From a bacterium (GTDB taxonomy: Bacteria; Patescibacteriota; Microgenomatia; Levybacterales; UBA12049): 64,000 nt of DNA. Each line of letters opens with the position of its first letter. Positions within the stretch are counted from its first letter, which is position 1. A program made the position numbers and the translations under genes. A model generated the notes under the pieces. The model saw only the letters and a program-made list of their open reading frames with translations, had not been told where the DNA came from and did not search any database. The stretch covers positions 5,668 to 69,667 of the forward strand of contig JAJXYH010000004.1 of NCBI GenBank assembly GCA_021780675.1, given 5' to 3'. Positions 9,044-21,081 of this stretch are shown here, piece by piece.

Positions 9044-10501
9044 TTGTTTGGCATACAATATTCTTTTATGAAAAAGTTAACTAAGATTGTGGCAACTATT
9101 GGTCCATCCTCCGACTCCCCCGAGAAAATCGAAAAATTAATAAATCTTGGTGTTAATATTTTTAGATTCAATTATAAACATGCAGATACTAATTGGCACC
9201 GGGAAAGACTTAAGCTATTAAAAAAAGTTTGCAAGGAAAAAAATCTTAGAACTGCAACGCTTTTAGATTTACAGGGTCCTGAGGTAAGACTTAAAATGCC
9301 CTTTGATAGTATTGAGCTTGATGAGGGCGAAAAAATCTTCCTTTCGCAAGAAGTATTTAAAAATAAAGAAAAAGGCTTTAGCTTATCTGTCCCCGAAATT
9401 ATCGAAAATTTAGACGAAGATCAACAAATATCAGCTGATGACGGGTTATTCGAGTTTACAGTAAAAAAAGAGGATGGCAAAACTTACCTTTTATCTTATT
9501 CTTCGGGAACTCTTTTAAATAATAAGGCTGTTTCTATTGTTGATCTTGATTATGACTTTCCAACCATCCATGAAAAGGATAGAGAGGGTTTACATTTGGC
9601 AAAGGCGGAAGGAATTGATTTTATCGCCCTTTCTTTTGTTAGGAATGCAAAGGATTTAGAAAACCTAAAAAATGAGATGGGTAAAATCGGCTTAAACGCA
9701 AAAATTGTTGCCAAAATCGAAACTGCAAAGGCCACGCAAAATATAGATGAAATTATTGATGCAACCGATGCAGTTATGGTGGCAAGAGGCGATTTGGGTG
9801 TTGAGATGCCCATGGAACAGGTGCCATTCTGGCAAAAGGAAATTATTAGAAAGTGCTTGCAAAAAGGCGTTCCTGTAATAACAGCAACGCAAATGCTTGA
9901 GTCAATGACACATAACTCTATTCCAACACGTGCAGAGGTTTCGGATGTTTCCAATGCTGTTTATGATTTTACGGATGCAGTTATGCTTTCGGGAGAAACC
10001 GCGAATGGGAAATACCCGGAAGAGGCAGTAGATGTTATGGCAAAAATTATCAAATTCTCCGAAGAAAAAACTCACGTGCCGGATATCAGAACCCTTTTTA
10101 AATATGAACTTAATGATATATCGGAAATGATTTGCGATAGTGCTTTTAATTTATACAAGGCTTTAAAATCTAAAGAGCAAAAAATTAAAGGATTTTTAGT
10201 ATTTACCGAGTCAGGAAAAACTGCCCGAATGCTATCCAGATACCGACCGCATGTTGCAATTTATTCATTTTGCCCAAATGAAGAACTCGTTAATAAACTT
10301 GCTATTAATTACGCCGTAAAACCTATTTTCCAAAAATCCCTTAAAAGCAAAAACGAAATTGTAAAAGATGATATTAGAGAGGCTCTTGAGATTTTAAAAA
10401 ATGCAGGGTCTTGCCAAGACGGAGACAGGTTTATAGTTCTTCATGGAGATTATTGGACCTCTGAATCGGGGACTTCAACAATAAGAGTGATAAGCGCTTA
10501 A
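9044..10501 (+). CDS. pyk: pyruvate kinase
   Basis: [20 protein letters not shown] and the C-terminal regulatory domain are present. The true start may be the ATG at 9068 (MKKLTKIV...). Confidence 0.9.
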   Translation: MFGIQYSFMKKLTKIVATIGPSSDSPEKIEKLINLGVNIFRFNYKHADTNWHRERLKLLKKVCKEKNLRTATLLDLQGPEVRLKMPFDSIELDEGEKIFLSQEVFKNKEKGFSLSVPEIIENLDEDQQISADDGLFEFTVKKEDGKTYLLSYSSGTLLNNKAVSIVDLDYDFPTIHEKDREGLHLAKAEGIDFIALSFVRNAKDLENLKNEMGKIGLNAKIVAKIETAKATQNIDEIIDATDAVMVARGDLGVEMPMEQVPFWQKEIIRKCLQKGVPVITATQMLESMTHNSIPTRAEVSDVSNAVYDFTDAVMLSGETANGKYPEEAVDVMAKIIKFSEEKTHVPDIRTLFKYELNDISEMICDSAFNLYKALKSKEQKIKGFLVFTESGKTARMLSRYRPHVAIYSFCPNEELVNKLAINYAVKPIFQKSLKSKNEIVKDDIREALEILKNAGSCQDGDRFIVLHGDYWTSESGTSTIRVISA

Positions 10502-11574
10502 CCTAAATAATCTTTAAGTTTATTGCCTCTAGACGGATGTCTTAATTTGCGAAGTGCTTTTGCTTCGATTTGCCTGATTCTTTCTCTGGTTACCGCAAAC
10601 ATTTTACCAACTTCCTCTAAAGTTTTTGATCTACCGTCTTTTAGACCAAACCTTTCAACCAAAACTCTTTTTTCCCTATCGGAAAGCGTTGATAAAACCT
10701 GGTCTATTTGTTCTTTTAAAAGTTCTCTAGATGCCGTATCAAAAAGCGTTGGTGCCGATGAATCGTGGATAAAGTCTCCAAGCCTTGAGTCTTCTTCGTC
10801 TCCAACCGGAGATTCCAAACTTGCAGGCTCCTGAGAAATTTTAATTATTTCCAAAGCCTTATCCGGTTCAATACCCAATGCTTTAGCAACTTCTTCTGGA
10901 GTTGGCTCCCTACCTAATTCCTGCATTAATTTTCTTGAAGCTCTTAAAAATCTGTTGATATTTTCAACCATGTGAACAGGAATTCTAATTGTTCTTGCCT
11001 GGTCGGCAATTGCACGGGTAATAGATTGTCTTATCCACCAAGTGGCATAGGTTGAGAACTTATATCCTCTTCTCCAATCGTATTTTTCTACAGCTCTAAT
11101 TAAACCCTGGTTTCCTTCCTGGATTAAATCTAAAAGTGTAAGTCCTCTTCCCACATATTTTTTGGCAATAGAAACAACTAATCTTAAATTAGAATTAATT
11201 AGTTTTTGCTTGGCATGTTTATCCCCTTTTTCCACCTTTTTAGCCAAAGTTATTTCTTGGTCAAAAGTTAAAAGCGGAATTCTACCTATTTCTTTTAAAT
11301 ACATCCTTACAGGATCTGAAACTGTTCCTTCTGTTAGAACTGTTAAGGCTTCTAGTTCTTTTTCTAAAACCTCAATTGGTTTTTCTTCGTCGGATTCTGC
11401 TGCTACGGATTCAAATACATCGATTTCAGAACGCATCAGCTTATCGTAAAGCTTATCTAATTCCGAAATGTGTTCTTCAGGGTGCGGAAAGATAGAAAGA
11501 ATTTCTTCCTGGGTTATGTAACCTCTTTTTTTAGCACCAGAAACAATTTCTGTAAGTAAGTTGGGCTGTTTCAT
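10498..11574 (-). CDS. rpoD: RNA polymerase sigma-70 factor RpoD
   Basis: Regions 2-4 are conserved ([24 protein letters not shown], region 4 [31 protein letters not shown]). It lies downstream of dnaG. Confidence 0.9.
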   Translation of the reverse strand: MKQPNLLTEIVSGAKKRGYITQEEILSIFPHPEEHISELDKLYDKLMRSEIDVFESVAAESDEEKPIEVLEKELEALTVLTEGTVSDPVRMYLKEIGRIPLLTFDQEITLAKKVEKGDKHAKQKLINSNLRLVVSIAKKYVGRGLTLLDLIQEGNQGLIRAVEKYDWRRGYKFSTYATWWIRQSITRAIADQARTIRIPVHMVENINRFLRASRKLMQELGREPTPEEVAKALGIEPDKALEIIKISQEPASLESPVGDEEDSRLGDFIHDSSAPTLFDTASRELLKEQIDQVLSTLSDREKRVLVERFGLKDGRSKTLEEVGKMFAVTRERIRQIEAKALRKLRHPSRGNKLKDYLG

Positions 11575-11626
11575 ATAGTAATTTTAACAGAAAATGGGTA
11601 TAAATAAAACCAGAGCCTTAAATTTA

Positions 11627-13327
11627 TTAAGTTTTACGCTTAATTTTGTCTTTTAAGTGATATTCTTTAAGCCTATTAACTCTTTTTACAATCTCCTGAT
11701 TATATTTTGAATCCTTGGGATTTTCAAGCCCATATTTTGATAACGGATAAAGTAAACATACATCAAGAGATGATATTAATTCCTTAGGTAAATTCTGAGA
11801 AAATTTAGTTTCATCGAATTTTTTATTTATATCAATAAAATCAAATAAAAGGTTTATTATTTTACCCAAAGCCTGTGTTTCAAATTCATATACTTTAAAA
11901 AAACTTTTGTAACTTTCAAGCAAACTACTAACATCTCCGCTTTGCAAAATTAATGACAGAAGAAACTCTTCTGCCAATTCCCGCTCGCTTCTTTTGTTTT
12001 TAGGCTTAACAACTACTACTTGATCTTCAATCTTTTTCATAGTTTTATGCTTTTGCAATTCTTTTTCCAGACTATCCATTGATACGTCCAAAAGATTGCT
12101 TAAATTTTTTAAATAATGTTCTTTTATTATTTCATTTGAGATATTTGCAAATAATGGAAGCAAATTGTCTGTAATTTCCTTTTTACCTTCAGCTGTCTCT
12201 AACTTGTTTTCCGATGAAAATTTATTAATCATAAAATCATAGATACCAACCTTTTCTTTAAGTGCTTTTTTAAAAGAAATTGGATTCTGTTTTATTGCCT
12301 CATCGGGGTCTTTTGCATCTTTTAATATAATCGTGTCTGTTGTTAATCCCTTTTTCTCGATAACCTCTAAGCTTCTTTTTGTTGCTTCAAATCCTGCGGA
12401 GTCTTGATCTAAACATAGGGTTACACGTGGAGTAAACCTAGATAGCAAACTAACCTGGCTTTCGGTTAATGCTGTTCCTTTGATAGCAACTACATTTTTA
12501 ATGTTCTCTTCAAAAAGCGATATTACATCAAATTCCCCCTCTACAATAATTGCATCCTGTTTTTGTTTTATTTCTTCCTTTGCAACATTAAGGCCAAAAA
12601 ACATGCTTCCCTTGTGGTAGACTGAGGTTTCTTTTGTGTTAATGTATTTAGGCATATCCGTTTCATTTAAAGCCCTTCCTGAAAAACCGGTCACATTTCC
12701 CCGATGATCAAATAATGGAAACATGAGTCTGCCTCTAAAAAAATCGACTGTCTCACCATTTTTTTCTATTGCTACACCTGCTAAAAATAAATCGTTTTTA
12801 GTAAATTTTTTCTTCTTTATTAAAAATTCTGAAAGCGAAGATTTTGAATTTGGAGAAAATCCCAACTCAAAAGTTAAAATTGATGCTTTGGTAATTTTTC
12901 TTTTATCGGTTAAATATTTTAGTGCGTTTTTTCCCGCATTATGCTCTGCAAGTAAATAATGATAAAACTTTAACGTTAAATTATTTATTTCAAAAATTTT
13001 TTCTTTTTCCGAATACTGATTCTGCCTATATGAGCTTTCTCTTAAGGTCACTCCCGCCCTTTTTGCCAAGGCTCTTAGACTTTCAGGAAATTCCATGTTC
13101 TCATATTCCATTAAGAAAGTAAAAATATCTCCGCCTTTTCCGCAACCGAAACAATGCCAAATTTGTCGCTCGGGCGAAACTATAAAAGACGGCGTGCTTT
13201 CGTTATGAAATGGACAATTTGCCTTAAAATTTCTGCCCATTTTTTTAAGCGGGAGGTACTCCGATATAAAGGCGACAATATCTAATTTTTCTCTAATTTC
13301 CTGCGCTTGGTCCATAGCTTCTCGCAT
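11627..13327 (-). CDS. dnaG: DNA primase DnaG
   Basis: Zinc finger CPFHNESTPSFIVSPERQIWHCFGCGKGGD plus a Toprim domain. Classic dnaG-rpoD arrangement. Confidence 0.9.
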   Translation of the reverse strand: MREAMDQAQEIREKLDIVAFISEYLPLKKMGRNFKANCPFHNESTPSFIVSPERQIWHCFGCGKGGDIFTFLMEYENMEFPESLRALAKRAGVTLRESSYRQNQYSEKEKIFEINNLTLKFYHYLLAEHNAGKNALKYLTDKRKITKASILTFELGFSPNSKSSLSEFLIKKKKFTKNDLFLAGVAIEKNGETVDFFRGRLMFPLFDHRGNVTGFSGRALNETDMPKYINTKETSVYHKGSMFFGLNVAKEEIKQKQDAIIVEGEFDVISLFEENIKNVVAIKGTALTESQVSLLSRFTPRVTLCLDQDSAGFEATKRSLEVIEKKGLTTDTIILKDAKDPDEAIKQNPISFKKALKEKVGIYDFMINKFSSENKLETAEGKKEITDNLLPLFANISNEIIKEHYLKNLSNLLDVSMDSLEKELQKHKTMKKIEDQVVVVKPKNKRSERELAEEFLLSLILQSGDVSSLLESYKSFFKVYEFETQALGKIINLLFDFIDINKKFDETKFSQNLPKELISSLDVCLLYPLSKYGLENPKDSKYNQEIVKRVNRLKEYHLKDKIKRKT

Positions 13328-13373
13328 ATTGTATCACTTTTGCTTCTTGCTTTTACTATAGAATTTTGTTTAA

Positions 13374-14660
<1,287 letters not shown>

Positions 14661-14715
14661 GTTTAACAATATTTGTTGTACGTTCTTCAAAAAATACACG
14701 AAACGGAAAAAGAAA

Positions 14716-15831
14716 TTATTTTCTATTGGTTTTTTTATATTTTCTGGATGACGGCACTACTTTACTTTTTTCCAACTCATGATACAAAGATAAAAACAAA
14801 TCATATCCCATACTTGTTCCTGAAATTTCATAAAGTTTTCTAACGCTTACTCTTCCATTATATTTGTGTAAATTTTCATAACCTAATTTAGAAATTAAAC
14901 CTGTCAACTCATTTTTATACTTTTCTCTTCCCCACCTTGTCCTTAGCGCATCCGATTTACTGATAGGATCAATTAGTCCTACCCAAAGTAAAAACTTAGC
15001 GGCATCTTCAACTTTAAATAATGTAATGTTTAGTTTCTGGGCAATAGCCTGGTTACCTAATCCTTCTGATCTTAAATGTAATACTTTTCTAATAAAATCG
15101 TTTTGCCCCACAGTTTCCTTTGCTCTTAATTTATGCGGTGGTAGTATATCGAAAAATACAAATGCTCTGGTTAGATTATCAACGTCATGAATACTCTCTC
15201 CAACTCTTTGAACAATTTGTCTGTTATTTAAACCCTCCTTTTTAAACTCTAAAATATCTACGGAATGAACATGTTTTTCCAACAGTAAAGACAGTAGCAA
15301 GTCTTGGGCATCGGAATTATTAATATTTGCTGTCTCAACCGCTTGAAAACGCGAAATTCCTCTTTTTATTTCTGCTATGAATAATTCATACGAAGTTTGC
15401 GTATCAATCTTTTGCGCAAGGAACTGATCAATTTCCGCTTCAGCAGCTGCATCTTCAATGGTCATTCCACTTCTTCTTAATCTTTTAAATTCCGGAATTC
15501 TTTCATTACTGGTGCGTTTTAAAAATTCTGAATGAAATACGGCATATTTTTCCGTTAATAAATTATTGCCTTCAACTCTTACTAAAACCCTGTCAACCTC
15601 ATCCTCCCTAATTTCACCAACTAAATATTTAATCTTTTGAAGAGCGCTACCTCTATCCTGATGCCATAAATGGTAAAAGTATAAATCCCTCATTTGTGGA
15701 ATATGTAACCCTTCTAATCCGTTTATTACATCCATCGCAGTTTCTTCTCTTGCAGGTATTTCTCTTTGCCCAAAACTATCTCTCAAGTTTTGTGGGACAT
15801 ATGGTTTTTGTCTTTCGGATATTACTGTCAT
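14716..15831 (-). CDS. hypothetical protein with C-terminal HTH-like segments
   Basis: 371 aa. LRSEGLGNQAIAQKLNITLFKVEDA resembles a sigma-70 region 4/LuxR-type HTH. Confidence 0.3.
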   Translation of the reverse strand: MTVISERQKPYVPQNLRDSFGQREIPAREETAMDVINGLEGLHIPQMRDLYFYHLWHQDRGSALQKIKYLVGEIREDEVDRVLVRVEGNNLLTEKYAVFHSEFLKRTSNERIPEFKRLRRSGMTIEDAAAEAEIDQFLAQKIDTQTSYELFIAEIKRGISRFQAVETANINNSDAQDLLLSLLLEKHVHSVDILEFKKEGLNNRQIVQRVGESIHDVDNLTRAFVFFDILPPHKLRAKETVGQNDFIRKVLHLRSEGLGNQAIAQKLNITLFKVEDAAKFLLWVGLIDPISKSDALRTRWGREKYKNELTGLISKLGYENLHKYNGRVSVRKLYEISGTSMGYDLFLSLYHELEKSKVVPSSRKYKKTNRK

Positions 15832-15878
15832 TACGCCACCGATTATACCATTTGAATTAAAAATGTTATTACATTTTT

Positions 15879-16109
15879 ATGCTTTCAAAATTTTTTTCAG
15901 CGGCAATTGTAGGCTTAGAGGGATTACCCGTTGAAGTTGAAGTTGACATCCAAAACCAAGGGCTACCGTCATTTACAATTGTTGGACTTCCAAACAAGGC
16001 GGTTGAAGAAGCAAGAACCATTGCAGATTTGGAAGGTTTTTTAGAAATAAAACCAAATCATATTACAGAAAGTCTTCAATACCGGCCAAAAACAGAAAAT
16101 GCTTATTGA
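15879..16109 (+). pseudogene. truncated remnant of comM/yifB (Mg-chelatase-like competence protein), N-terminal ~50 aa only
   Basis: MLSKFFSAAIVGLEGLPVEVEVDIQNQGLPSFTIVGLPNKAVEEAR matches the ComM/YifB N-terminus (…VEVDIS.GLPSFTIVGLPDTAVKESRERV…). Similarity is then lost, and the ORF stops after 76 aa with no AAA domain. Confidence 0.5.
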
Positions 16110-16144
16110 CAGTTAATTGACCTTTAAATAAACTGAAAATATAA

Positions 16145-16594
16145 ATGTCGTTACCCCTAGAAGCACGAGAAGATCTGCCAGAAGCAAAACGAGATTTTAC
16201 TGCGCAAATAACCCCCATCGAAATTATTGATTCTCTGGCTAGTGATGCGCCACGCGAGCTCATATTGTTTGAACAGGCAGAAACTGATAGAAAATTTTTA
16301 ATTCCCGGCCACTCGATTGAACAAAGAGTAGATACAAGATTAAATCCCTGGTCCCACCTACCAAAAGAGGCGTTTTATATAGAAAATGGAATTGTAGTTA
16401 ATGCTTCAGAACCTGAACCTATAAACAGACGAGCAAGAGAAGATGCTACAGCATCACAGGATACAGACAATCTTGTGTTTACAAGCAGTAAAAGACAAGC
16501 CGCTACTCACCGAGCAAAAACAAATACAAGACGCGGTTCGGGACTTTCTAAGCGACGCGAGCGTCCAAGACCCCAGCAAAGTAGAAGACAATAG
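16145..16594 (+). CDS. hypothetical protein with basic C-terminal tail
   Basis: 149 aa ORF. Arg/Lys-rich C-terminus. Confidence 0.3.
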   Translation: MSLPLEAREDLPEAKRDFTAQITPIEIIDSLASDAPRELILFEQAETDRKFLIPGHSIEQRVDTRLNPWSHLPKEAFYIENGIVVNASEPEPINRRAREDATASQDTDNLVFTSSKRQAATHRAKTNTRRGSGLSKRRERPRPQQSRRQ

Positions 16595-16640
16595 TAAAAA
16601 ACATCACATACTTTAAAAAACTAAGTGTTATAATGCATAC

Positions 16641-17300
16641 ATGGAAAACATAAATTGGTTCGGACATGCTTCATTTTACTTTATTGATGAAAACGGCAAT
16701 AATATTTATTTTGTTGACCCTTTTCAACTTAATAACCGTACAAAAGAAAAAGCAGATATTATTTTTATAACCCACACCCATCCCGATCATTTTTCCCAAA
16801 GTGATATCGACCAAATCATAAAAGAAACTACTATAATTGTTGCTCCACCTGATATTTTGGAAAAAATTGATATTGAAAACGAAAGAAAAATATCTGTAAG
16901 ACCAAATGAAAAATTTAATATTAAAGATTTTAAATTCCAAACTATTCCGGCCTACAACACTCATCCCGACAAATTGAATTTTCACCCTAAATCAAATAAC
17001 TGGGTTGGATATATTTTTGAGTTAAATGGACAAAAAGTTTATCACGCAGGGGACACGGATTTTACTGTGGAAATGAAGAAGTTAAAAAATTTGAATTTAG
17101 ATATTGCGCTTCTTCCTATGGATGGTATTTATTGTATGGGGTCGGAAGAAGCTGCTGATGCTGCAAACACAATTGCTGCCAAAGTTACTATTCCAATGCA
17201 CTACCGAAACCAAAATCCCGGCAATTATCAAGAACTTGAAGAAAAATTTAAAAACCTGGTGAAAAATTCAAAGGTAGTTATTCTTGAGGAGTTAAAGTAA
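16641..17300 (+). CDS. metallo-beta-lactamase fold hydrolase
   Basis: HTHPDH (HxHxDH) motif plus downstream His/Asp ligands (HAGDTD). Confidence 0.7.
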   Translation: MENINWFGHASFYFIDENGNNIYFVDPFQLNNRTKEKADIIFITHTHPDHFSQSDIDQIIKETTIIVAPPDILEKIDIENERKISVRPNEKFNIKDFKFQTIPAYNTHPDKLNFHPKSNNWVGYIFELNGQKVYHAGDTDFTVEMKKLKNLNLDIALLPMDGIYCMGSEEAADAANTIAAKVTIPMHYRNQNPGNYQELEEKFKNLVKNSKVVILEELK

Positions 17301-17679
17301 TATTTTCGGGATGATCTTCCCATGTTAAACTTTCTTTTTCCAACCAATCAATCTCCTCTCTGTGTTTTCTCACATTTCTCGCCGAGAATACAACTCCGGC
17401 AGCAGGAATGGCAGAGATTACAACAAGTTTTTTAGATCTTTCTCTTATCGCTTCAGCAAAAAGTATCGCTGCTGTTGCTATATTTAACCCCAAATTAATC
17501 TTACTCTCTCTTAAAGATTCGTACGCTCTTTGCGACCTTTCGCTAATAATTTTATCAACAGACTCTAAAGGATGGCTTTCATGAGAAATTGATGAATTTC
17601 CTTCTCCAATTCTCCAAATATCCAGCACCTCTCCCCTTGTTTGCAAGTATACTCGTGACTCACTAGTATTTAATGCCAT
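17278..17679 (-). CDS. hypothetical protein
   Basis: 133 aa ORF. Confidence 0.3.
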   Translation of the reverse strand: MALNTSESRVYLQTRGEVLDIWRIGEGNSSISHESHPLESVDKIISERSQRAYESLRESKINLGLNIATAAILFAEAIRERSKKLVVISAIPAAGVVFSARNVRKHREEIDWLEKESLTWEDHPENITLTPQE

Positions 17680-17718
17680 AATCGAAAAAGTTTATCATGG
17701 AGAAAATCCCGTGTCAAT

Positions 17719-18753
17719 CTAAAGTAACTTAGATTGCCCTTCTTTTGAGGATTTAGGAAGCTCTATGCCTAGATGATGATATACAGACTCTGTTGCCACA
17801 CGGCCTCTTGTAGTTTTTTTTATAAATCCTATTTGCATTAGATATGGCTCAATTACTTCTTCAACTGTTCCAATATCTTCGGATATTGTTGAAGCTATAG
17901 TTTCTATTCCAACCGGACCGCCGTTATGTTTTTCAATAATTGAGCGAAGATATCTTATATCTGATGAGTCTAGTCCTACTTCGTCAACTTCCAGCAAATT
18001 TAGCGCTTGTTTTATATTTCCTTTCTCAAGCTTTCCCTCGGCTTTTACCTGAACAAAATCCCTAGCCCTTTTTAATATTTTAAGTGCAATCCTGGGTGTT
18101 CCTCTTGCTCTTTTGGCAATCTCCGCAATTGATGCATTATCAACCGGCACTTTAAGTTTTTTTGCTGCCTTTTCAATAATTTCCTCTAACTCCTTAGGGT
18201 CGTAAAATGAAAGCCTATGAATTACTCCAAACCTGTCCCGAAGGGGTGCCGACATTAAACCAATTCTGGTTGTTGCCCCAATAATTGTAAACGGTGGCAA
18301 ATCCAAACGCACTGTTCTTGCACTTGGACCCTTACCTATTACAATATCTAGAGCATAATCTTCCATCGCGGGATACAAAGTCTCCTCAACTGTTTTTTGA
18401 AGCCTATGGATTTCATCAATAAATAAAACGTCTCCTTTTTCCAAGTTTGTTAAAATCGACGCCAAATCTCCGGCTCTTTCTATCGCAGGACCTGAAGTTA
18501 TACGAATATTAACACCCATTTCTTTAGCTACCAAATGCGAAAGAGTTGTTTTACCAAGACCGGGCGGACCATATAAAAGTATGTGTTCAATCGGCTCTTT
18601 TCGTTTTTTAGCAGCGGCTATTGCAATCTTTAAAGACTCTTTTACGTTTTTTTGTCCGTAAAACTCACCCCAATCACCTGCTCTTAATGAGGTAAATAAA
18701 ATTTCTTCTTCCGGTTCGATTTCTTCTACTGGTTGTTTTTTATTTTTTACCAT
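17719..18753 (-). CDS. ruvB: Holliday junction helicase RuvB
   Basis: Walker [12 protein letters not shown] plus the sensor and winged-helix regions of RuvB. Confidence 0.9.
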   Translation of the reverse strand: MVKNKKQPVEEIEPEEEILFTSLRAGDWGEFYGQKNVKESLKIAIAAAKKRKEPIEHILLYGPPGLGKTTLSHLVAKEMGVNIRITSGPAIERAGDLASILTNLEKGDVLFIDEIHRLQKTVEETLYPAMEDYALDIVIGKGPSARTVRLDLPPFTIIGATTRIGLMSAPLRDRFGVIHRLSFYDPKELEEIIEKAAKKLKVPVDNASIAEIAKRARGTPRIALKILKRARDFVQVKAEGKLEKGNIKQALNLLEVDEVGLDSSDIRYLRSIIEKHNGGPVGIETIASTISEDIGTVEEVIEPYLMQIGFIKKTTRGRVATESVYHHLGIELPKSSKEGQSKLL

Positions 18754-19332
18754 TTATTTCCTTCCCAAGTATTTTAACGATAGTCTTATTTTTTCTTCCA
18801 TTGATAAATCTCCCTGTTTAATTTCTCTAAGTGCCTTTTGCGATTCTGAAATAGAAAAACCAAAAGTCTTTAAAGCATCTATTACATCTTTATTTTGTTC
18901 ATGGTCTTTTCCTGAAAGATCAATGTCCGATACTCCTCCCATTTTATTTTTAAGCTCAATTATAATCCTTTGTGCATTTTTAGTACCAAGTCTTGGTACC
19001 GATGTAAAAAAGGAGGTGTCTGCTCTAATGATTGCGTTTTCAATATCTTTTTTTGTTCCAAATGAGAAAATATTTAATGCGGTTTTGGGACCAATTCCAG
19101 AAACTCCAATCAATTGTTCAAATAATTTAAGGTCCTCAGGGTTTAAAAAGCCAAAAAGAGAAATTTCATCTTCTCTTACATGGGTGTGAATAAAAAACTT
19201 TATATTATCCCCTTGTTTTAGCTCTGAATAAGTTTTATCTGACACTAAAACTTTGTAACCAACCCCTGAAACATCAACATAAACATGAGGGTTTAGGAGC
19301 AGTTCTATTTTTCCGTTTAAGGAGCCAATCAT
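18754..19332 (-). CDS. ruvA: Holliday junction DNA-binding protein RuvA
   Basis: MIGSLNGKI...GVGYKV start plus HhH motifs (GIGPKTA). Confidence 0.85.
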   Translation of the reverse strand: MIGSLNGKIELLLNPHVYVDVSGVGYKVLVSDKTYSELKQGDNIKFFIHTHVREDEISLFGFLNPEDLKLFEQLIGVSGIGPKTALNIFSFGTKKDIENAIIRADTSFFTSVPRLGTKNAQRIIIELKNKMGGVSDIDLSGKDHEQNKDVIDALKTFGFSISESQKALREIKQGDLSMEEKIRLSLKYLGRK

Positions 19333-19388
19333 AAAAATTACTTATCCTGAGAAAATCGTAAGGATAATTTAACTGATTATAACATAAG

Positions 19389-19877
19389 CTATCTGGAAGA
19401 ATTAATGAACTTGCTGGAAAACGCATGAGTAAGCGATACAGCCAGAGCATCGGCAGTATCATCGGGTTTTGGAATTTCGCTTAAACTAAGTAACACCTTT
19501 ACCATTTTGCCTACTTGATCTTTCTCAGCCCTTCCATATCCAGTTAAAGCAATTTTAACCTGTAAAGGAGTATAAATTGAAATTGTCATCTTATTTTGCG
19601 ATGCTGCCAGTAGTATTACACCCCTTGCCTGTCCAACCATAAAAGCTGTTTTTGCATTTGTGTTAAAGAATAACTCCTCTATCGCCAAGGCATCCGGTGA
19701 GTAAATCTTAATTATCTTAATAATTTCTTTATAAATTATTTCAAGACGCTTGGGAACTTCTAAATCTGAGGATGTTTCAATGCAGCCAAATTTTAATGCT
19801 TTATGTCTTGAACCCTGTACATCAACGACCCCCCATCCACATCTACCAATTCCCGGGTCTATACCTAAAATTTTCAT
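19389..19877 (-). CDS. ruvC: crossover junction endodeoxyribonuclease RuvC
   Basis: MKILGIDPGIGRCGWGVVD RNase H-like fold start. Operon order ruvC-ruvA-ruvB. Confidence 0.85.
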   Translation of the reverse strand: MKILGIDPGIGRCGWGVVDVQGSRHKALKFGCIETSSDLEVPKRLEIIYKEIIKIIKIYSPDALAIEELFFNTNAKTAFMVGQARGVILLAASQNKMTISIYTPLQVKIALTGYGRAEKDQVGKMVKVLLSLSEIPKPDDTADALAVSLTHAFSSKFINSSR

Positions 19878-19932
19878 ACACCAATAATATCATACTTGTG
19901 TTTATAACCAGTTTCATATAAAATATCTTCTT

Positions 19933-20640
19933 ATGAAGCACACAAAGCTATTGGCAGAAAAAAGAAAAGTTTTAGGGAAAAAAGTTAAAAAACTCCGAAG
20001 AGAAGGTATTACCCCGGCTAACGTTTATGGAAAGCACATTAAATCACAATCCGTACAGGTTAAAACCGATGAATTTTTAAAAGTCTATGATGAGGTTGGC
20101 GAAACCGGGATTGTAGATTTAACAATTGGAGAAGATGTAACTCCTGTTCTTATTCAAAATGTTAACACGAACTTTAGAAATGTAATACTTCACGCTGATT
20201 TTTACGCGGTAAATCTTAAAGAGAAAGTTAAAGCAGAAGTCCCACTTGAGGTAGTTGGTGAACCTAAGGCTGTTGCAGACAAAATTGGACTTTTAATGAA
20301 TATTATTTCGGAAGTTGAGGTTCAAGCTCTTCCTGAAGAGCTACCTGAAAATATTGAAGTTGATGTTACACATCTTGCAAATATTGACGATCAAATAACT
20401 GTAGGTGAGCTTAAAGTTCCAGTAGGGATAGAAATCTTAACCGACAAAGAGCAGGTTATTGCTAAGATTGAAGAGTTGGTTACCAAAGAAGCTCAGGAAG
20501 AAGCAGCCCAAGAAGCAGCAGAAGCTGAAGCCGCCAAAGCAGAAGGATCAGAAGCGGGTGGAGAAGCTGCGGCTCAGGGCGAAGAAGCTGTATCCACAGA
20601 AGAAGCAAAATCCGAAACTCCAAAAGAATCTACAGAATAA
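19933..20640 (+). CDS. rplY: 50S ribosomal protein L25/general stress protein Ctc with long acidic Ala/Glu-rich C-terminal tail
   Basis: N-terminal L25 domain (EKRKVLGKKVKKLRREGITPANVYG) and beta-barrel domain, followed by a ~60 aa EAAQEAAEAEAAKAEG tail. Confidence 0.8.
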   Translation: MKHTKLLAEKRKVLGKKVKKLRREGITPANVYGKHIKSQSVQVKTDEFLKVYDEVGETGIVDLTIGEDVTPVLIQNVNTNFRNVILHADFYAVNLKEKVKAEVPLEVVGEPKAVADKIGLLMNIISEVEVQALPEELPENIEVDVTHLANIDDQITVGELKVPVGIEILTDKEQVIAKIEELVTKEAQEEAAQEAAEAEAAKAEGSEAGGEAAAQGEEAVSTEEAKSETPKESTE

Positions 20641-21081
20641 CTACTTATTTAGTAAGCCTTGTAACTTTTTAGCATCATTATAATTCGGATCTAAAAATAA
20701 AGCCTTATTGTCATATATCTTTGCTTGGGCTAAGTCCCCAAGCTGGTACTCTAAAACCGCAATTTGAAAGTACGCATCTTTGTAGCCGTCATAATGTTGA
20801 GTAACCGATTTCCAGAAATTAATTTTTGAATTAATAATATTCCTTTCATTATAAATTTTTGCCAATTTATTGGAGTTATTATACAAGCTGGCTATTAAAA
20901 TTATTATTAAAACAATAAATAATGCACTTAAAAATATAGAGCTTGCTGCAAACAAGTAAAAAAGTGGCTTGGATTTTATGATTTTTTTAAAGATTTTCGC
21001 TTCGGGAATAAATCGGAATATATTCGGGAATTGTTCAATGTAATTATTTAGTGCTTTCTTCATAAGGCCATTTGCTGACAA
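20641..21081 (-). CDS. membrane protein with C-terminal TPR-like repeat, hypothetical
   Basis: One hydrophobic helix. A YFQIAVLEYQLGDLAQAKIYDNKALFLDPNY TPR-like segment. Confidence 0.35.
   Translation of the reverse strand: MSANGLMKKALNNYIEQFPNIFRFIPEAKIFKKIIKSKPLFYLFAASSIFLSALFIVLIIILIASLYNNSNKLAKIYNERNIINSKINFWKSVTQHYDGYKDAYFQIAVLEYQLGDLAQAKIYDNKALFLDPNYNDAKKLQGLLNK

Noticed and set aside
9550-9954. Antisense ORFs inside pyk, valS (21640-21965), dnaA (29732-30689), the pilin genes (38631-40315), the 992-aa gene (53118-53595) and the P-type ATPase (56146-57048)
   Set aside because: They are embedded antisense within strongly supported genes. Most are low-complexity translations of the complementary strand; the 53350-53595 pair is driven by local GC-richness.
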